Shown here piece after piece: positions 60,686 through 64,000 of a DNA stretch of 64,000 nt; position 1 is the stretch's first letter; the number at the start of each line of letters is the position of its first letter. The stretch lies in contig JAOAJL010000002.1 in assembly GCA_026414185.1 (NCBI GenBank), forward strand, positions 11,075 to 75,074. Reading direction: 5' to 3'. Origin of the DNA: Candidatus Micrarchaeota archaeon (GTDB taxonomy: Archaea; Micrarchaeota; Micrarchaeia; Anstonellales; Anstonellaceae). The notes beneath the pieces are model-generated. The model was given only the letters and a program-made list of their open reading frames with translations, had not been told where the DNA came from and searched no databases. The position numbers and the translations under genes were made by a program.

Positions 60686-61231
60686 TCAGCCCCCGCAGGC
60701 TTTCGGCTTTGGGGATGAGAACTGGCCGCACACCCAGGAGCGGAACTGCTCCTCAGGCATCTCGCCTGCCTGCACTTGCTTGCCGTTTATTATGAAAGTC
60801 GGGAAGCCCACAAAGTCGCCCTTCTGCGCATAGTAGCTGAAAACCTCCGCGACTGCTGAATCGGACTGCCTGTCCTCGTCCCGCCAGCGCCTTATGGCGA
60901 ACCTCTCAGCGGGAAGCTCAGACTCAAGCTTCTGGACTATGGGCTTCATCTTGGCGCAGTGCCCGCACCAGTCGGCATAAAGAAAGTCCATGGTCACTTC
61001 CTTTGTGGGCGCAAGCTTTGCCTCCATCGGGCTTGCCGCCTTATTTTGTTGAGCAGCTGTCTGCTGGGCAGGCTGCTGCTGCGAGGCGGCTTCAATTTCA
61101 GCCGCCTTGCTTTCTATCTGTCTGGCTATGCCGGAGAGGGCAAGGTAGGTAGTGCCTGAAACCACAATCGCCGCCAGCATAATCGCAATAGCCACCGCAT
61201 AATCCGCTTTATTCTCTTGCTTCTGTCCCAT
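60686..61231 (-). CDS. membrane-anchored thioredoxin-like protein (WCGHC)
   Basis: ATG 61231 lies 6 nt after GAGGTG. N-terminal TM YAVAIAIMLAAIVVSGTTYLAL, a Gln/Ala-rich linker, and the FLYADWCGHCAKMKP active site. Confidence 0.8.
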   Translation of the reverse strand: MGQKQENKADYAVAIAIMLAAIVVSGTTYLALSGIARQIESKAAEIEAASQQQPAQQTAAQQNKAASPMEAKLAPTKEVTMDFLYADWCGHCAKMKPIVQKLESELPAERFAIRRWRDEDRQSDSAVAEVFSYYAQKGDFVGFPTFIINGKQVQAGEMPEEQFRSWVCGQFSSPKPKACGG

Positions 61232-61241
61232 GGCAAGCACC

Positions 61242-62117
61242 TCAATTGAATGCTTTCAGCACAGTCTGGAAGTCCTCATATGGAAGGGCGCCTGCGAAAA
61301 ACACCCCGGCGCCTGCCCCGTCAACCTCAACAACAGCCAGCTCAAGCTGCCCTCCGTACTTGTTGGCTATGGTCGCGGCGGCAGAGGCAAGCTTTGCTTT
61401 CAGCGCATCGCTTCGGTCCTTGGGGGAGTAGATGAAGAAGCTTGGCGTTCCCTGCACGCCGAATCTCTGCCCTTCTGAAAGTTGCGCGCTTACCGTGCCT
61501 GCAGTCTGGTTGCCGTCAAGGCAGGCGTTAAATGCGGTTATGTTCAGGCTGAGGTTTGCCGCATAGGCTTTCAAATCCTCTATTTTGAGGGCTTTTTGGT
61601 TGGCAAACAGGATGTCGTGCATCTCCCAGAACTTGCCCTGCCTGCCTGCGCACTCCGCAGCCTCAGCCGCCTTCTGCGCATTCTGGTGGAACGGCAGCGG
61701 GTAGTGGCGGAAAACAACCGCAACGTCATAATTCTGCGCAATCTGCTTTATGGTCGGTGTCGCCCTGCCGCAATAGGGGCACTCAAAATCGGAATATTCC
61801 ACAATGCGGACTTTGGCATCCGGCTTGCCTTTTGTCTGGGCTGAAGAGTAGTCCGCAAGCTTGATTGGATAGGGCTTGAAATCCGCCGCGGTCAGCCGGC
61901 GCGGCTCCGAGGGTTGCTGTGTTTGAGCCTCCTGCTGTTGCTGAGAAGGCGCCTGCTGAACAGGCGCAACGCCTGCGCTTAGCTTTATTTTTGAAATCGC
62001 CTGCTGTATGCCGCTTGCAGAAATCCAGATTGTCGCCGAAACAAGAAGAGCTGCAAGTATCACCGCTATACCTATGGCATACTCTCCCCTTTCAGCATCC
62101 GCGCTTTTTTCAGCCAT
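61242..62117 (-). CDS. membrane-anchored DsbA-like thiol:disulfide oxidoreductase (CPYC)
   Basis: ATG 62117 lies 5 nt after GGGAGGTGA. TM YAIGIAVILAALLVSATIWISA, a Gln-rich linker, EYSDFECPYCGR, and GVQGTPSFFIY (cis-Pro loop). Confidence 0.8.
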   Translation of the reverse strand: MAEKSADAERGEYAIGIAVILAALLVSATIWISASGIQQAISKIKLSAGVAPVQQAPSQQQQEAQTQQPSEPRRLTAADFKPYPIKLADYSSAQTKGKPDAKVRIVEYSDFECPYCGRATPTIKQIAQNYDVAVVFRHYPLPFHQNAQKAAEAAECAGRQGKFWEMHDILFANQKALKIEDLKAYAANLSLNITAFNACLDGNQTAGTVSAQLSEGQRFGVQGTPSFFIYSPKDRSDALKAKLASAAATIANKYGGQLELAVVEVDGAGAGVFFAGALPYEDFQTVLKAFN

Positions 62118-62267
62118 TCCGCTCACCTCCCAATCAAATGGCAATTTGCTGGAATTTTCTGGCAATCTTTTTAAATGGCACTACTTCTATTCGGCGCGCA
62201 GCGGCAGAATCAGGCAAGACAAGCCTGCAAGACAAACCTTTTTATTTGATGCAAGAGTTTGCCAACC

Positions 62268-64000
62268 ATGTTTTCCCTTTCTGCCATGCAGCTTGTCCCG
62301 TCCGAGGCGGCTGGCAGGGAATGGCTTGTTGCAAACGGCTTGGGGGGTTATGCTTCATCAACGGTCATAGGGATGAACACCCGCAAATACCACGGGCTTC
62401 TTGTCGCGCCGCTGCAGGCTGGGAAAGCAAGGCACGTCCTTCTTTCAAAGCTGGAGGACTTTGCGGTGATTGGAGGAACAGAATTCTCCCTTTCCACAAA
62501 TGCATATCCGGGCGCGGTCTACCCGACGGGCTACCGCCACCAGACTGGCTTTTCGTTTTCCACTCACCCGACCTTCACCTACGCAATGGGCGACTGCCGG
62601 ATTGAAAAGTCCGTGAGAATGATTCATGGGAAAAACACCGTTTTGGTATCATATCGCCTTCTGTCCGGCAAGGAGGCGAGTATTGAGGCAAAGCCGCTTC
62701 TCTCCCTCCGCCCAATCCACGCCGACCCTTCCTCCTGCGAGGCGGAGATTCTCCCAGAGCCAGACGGTCTGCGCCTTGCCAAGCCAGCCCCCCTTCGCAT
62801 CCGTTGCTTATGCGGAAAATTCCGCGCCAAGCCAGAAAAATACTACAATATGCTTTACGAGGCTGAAAAGAAGAGAGGCTATCCTCATATGGAAAACCTT
62901 CTTTCCGCAGGGTCTTTCTCAGGCACGCTCTTTCGCGGCGAGGAGCTCCACATATGCGCTTCGCTGGAGCAGCTTTCAGTTGCCGAGGCGCTTGAGCTTG
63001 CAGACAGGCAGCAGGCAAGAATTGCGCATCTTCTGCAGTCCTATGCGCGGCAGGGCGGAATTGAAAGGACGGATTTCGGCGATGCCCTGGCTCTTGCCGC
63101 AGACAGCTTCGTCATTCAGGATGGAAAGCAAAGGGGCATAATAGCCGGCTATCACTGGTTTTCGCAGTGGGGCAGGGATGCCATGATTTCCCTTCCAGGC
63201 ATTCTTCTTGCGACCGGCAGGGCGGGCATGGCGCGCGAGGTGCTTTTGCATTACGCAAACAAGATGGAAGACGGGCTTCTGCCAAACTTCATTGATGAGA
63301 ATGGCGAGGCGCACTACAATTCTGCCGACGCCTCCTTGTGGTTTGTGAATGCCGTCCGCCATTACATAGAGGCGACTGGGGACCACCATTTCATCAGGGA
63401 GTCCCTCTGGACGAAAATGCGCCAGTGGCTTTCCTCCACAATGCAGGGCAACAGCCTCGTGCGGATGGAGTCTGACTGCCTGCTTTATGTCTCGGACCCA
63501 GCCTCAACCTGGATGGATGCGAAAGTGGACGGCAAGCCAGTCACTCCGCGAAAAGGCAAGCCGGTTGAGATAAATGCCCTGTGGCACTCCTGCCTTGTTT
63601 TTCTTGCCCAGCTTTCGCAGAAATTCGGCGACAGGCGCACCGAAGAGCTCTGCTTGAATACGGCGGAGCAGGCTTCCTCTTCATTCCAAAAGATCCTCTC
63701 GGCAGACGGCTGGCTTTTTGACGTCATTGAGCCAAACGACTCCTCTCTTCGCCCAAACCAAATCTTCGCAGTCAGCTTGCCCGCCTCGCCCCTAAACCAC
63801 CTCCAGCAGAGGCACGTTTTCAATGCCGTCCGCTCGCGGCTTTACACCCCGCTTGGCTTGCGCACGCTTGCTCCATCCGAGAGCCGCTACTGCGAACGAT
63901 ACGAAGGGCCGCCGCCGCAACGCGACTTTGCCTACCATCAGGGGATGATTTGGCCCTGGCTTCTTGGGGCATTCTACGATGCGCAGCTTCGGGTTCAGCC
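62268..64000 (+). CDS. glycogen debranching enzyme (amylo-alpha-1,6-glucosidase, archaeal GDE type); C-terminus cut by window edge
   Basis: Absent from ORF track. My translation from ATG 62268 reads MFSLSAMQLVPSEAAGREWLVANGLGGYASSTVIGMNTRKYHGLLVAP...IIAGYHWFSQWGRDAMISLPGILL...NSADASLWFVNAV...STWMDAKVDGKPVTPRKGKPVEINALW...AYHQGMIWPWLLG. TATA-like CCTTTTTATTTG about 25 nt upstream. Confidence 0.85.
   Translation, partial: MFSLSAMQLVPSEAAGREWLVANGLGGYASSTVIGMNTRKYHGLLVAPLQAGKARHVLLSKLEDFAVIGGTEFSLSTNAYPGAVYPTGYRHQTGFSFSTHPTFTYAMGDCRIEKSVRMIHGKNTVLVSYRLLSGKEASIEAKPLLSLRPIHADPSSCEAEILPEPDGLRLAKPAPLRIRCLCGKFRAKPEKYYNMLYEAEKKRGYPHMENLLSAGSFSGTLFRGEELHICASLEQLSVAEALELADRQQARIAHLLQSYARQGGIERTDFGDALALAADSFVIQDGKQRGIIAGYHWFSQWGRDAMISLPGILLATGRAGMAREVLLHYANKMEDGLLPNFIDENGEAHYNSADASLWFVNAVRHYIEATGDHHFIRESLWTKMRQWLSSTMQGNSLVRMESDCLLYVSDPASTWMDAKVDGKPVTPRKGKPVEINALWHSCLVFLAQLSQKFGDRRTEELCLNTAEQASSSFQKILSADGWLFDVIEPNDSSLRPNQIFAVSLPASPLNHLQQRHVFNAVRSRLYTPLGLRTLAPSESRYCERYEGPPPQRDFAYHQGMIWPWLLGAFYDAQLRVQ

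Noticed and set aside
1-64000. CRISPR arrays, rRNA genes, transposases/integrases, prophage genes
   Set aside because: I scanned intergenic regions and the ORF list and found no regularly spaced direct repeats, no rRNA-like stretches, and no DDE, tyrosine- or serine-recombinase motifs.

Overview
Gene-dense archaeal chromosome segment, more than 90% coding and roughly mid-to-high 50s % GC by eye. Archaeal identity rests on aEF-1beta, ribosomal protein L35Ae, archease, NMD3, Elp3, Rad50/HerA, TATA-like boxes about 25-35 nt upstream of start codons and tRNA 5' ends, class III (prepilin-like) signal peptides, and BHB-type tRNA introns. The patchy metabolism and multi-intron tRNAs suggest a small-genome (DPANN/Micrarchaeota-like) archaeon, but that is inference only. 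I call about 74 CDS and 5 tRNA genes (Arg-GCG, Trp-CCA and all three Gly isoacceptors). Two CDS are cut by the window edges and are missing from the ORF track: cupin-type PGI at 1-422 (-) and a glycogen debranching enzyme at 62268-64000 (+). I saw no rRNA, CRISPR array, transposase or integrase. Functional blocks are: scattered DNA-repair genes (herA, rad50); a carotenoid cluster (crtB, split lycopene cyclase, crtI); a two-subunit 2-oxoacid:ferredoxin oxidoreductase; sugar metabolism (cPGI, short ADP-dependent kinase, GalT, transketolase, IMPase/FBPase, debranching enzyme); and a folate C1/purine block (purB-glyA-folD-folC and a 5-formyl-THF cyclo-ligase::PurN fusion). A large share of the window encodes cell-surface biology. 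My best candidate for an undescribed system is a translationally coupled operon of five prepilin-like proteins (26304-30136, one of them 561 aa) with no recognisable mature domains and no assembly ATPase, platform or peptidase nearby. Related surface features are a second, lower-GC pilin-like islet next to tRNA-Gly(TCC) (50163-52560), a lipoprotein made of 12 tandem 4-Cys repeats (20272-21315), three membrane-anchored thioredoxin/DsbA-like oxidoreductases, and two large surface proteins with long helical regions. All three tRNA-Gly genes carry an intron at the same place in the T-loop, and two of them also have an anticodon-loop intron. All functional calls come from motif recognition by eye; no database search was run.
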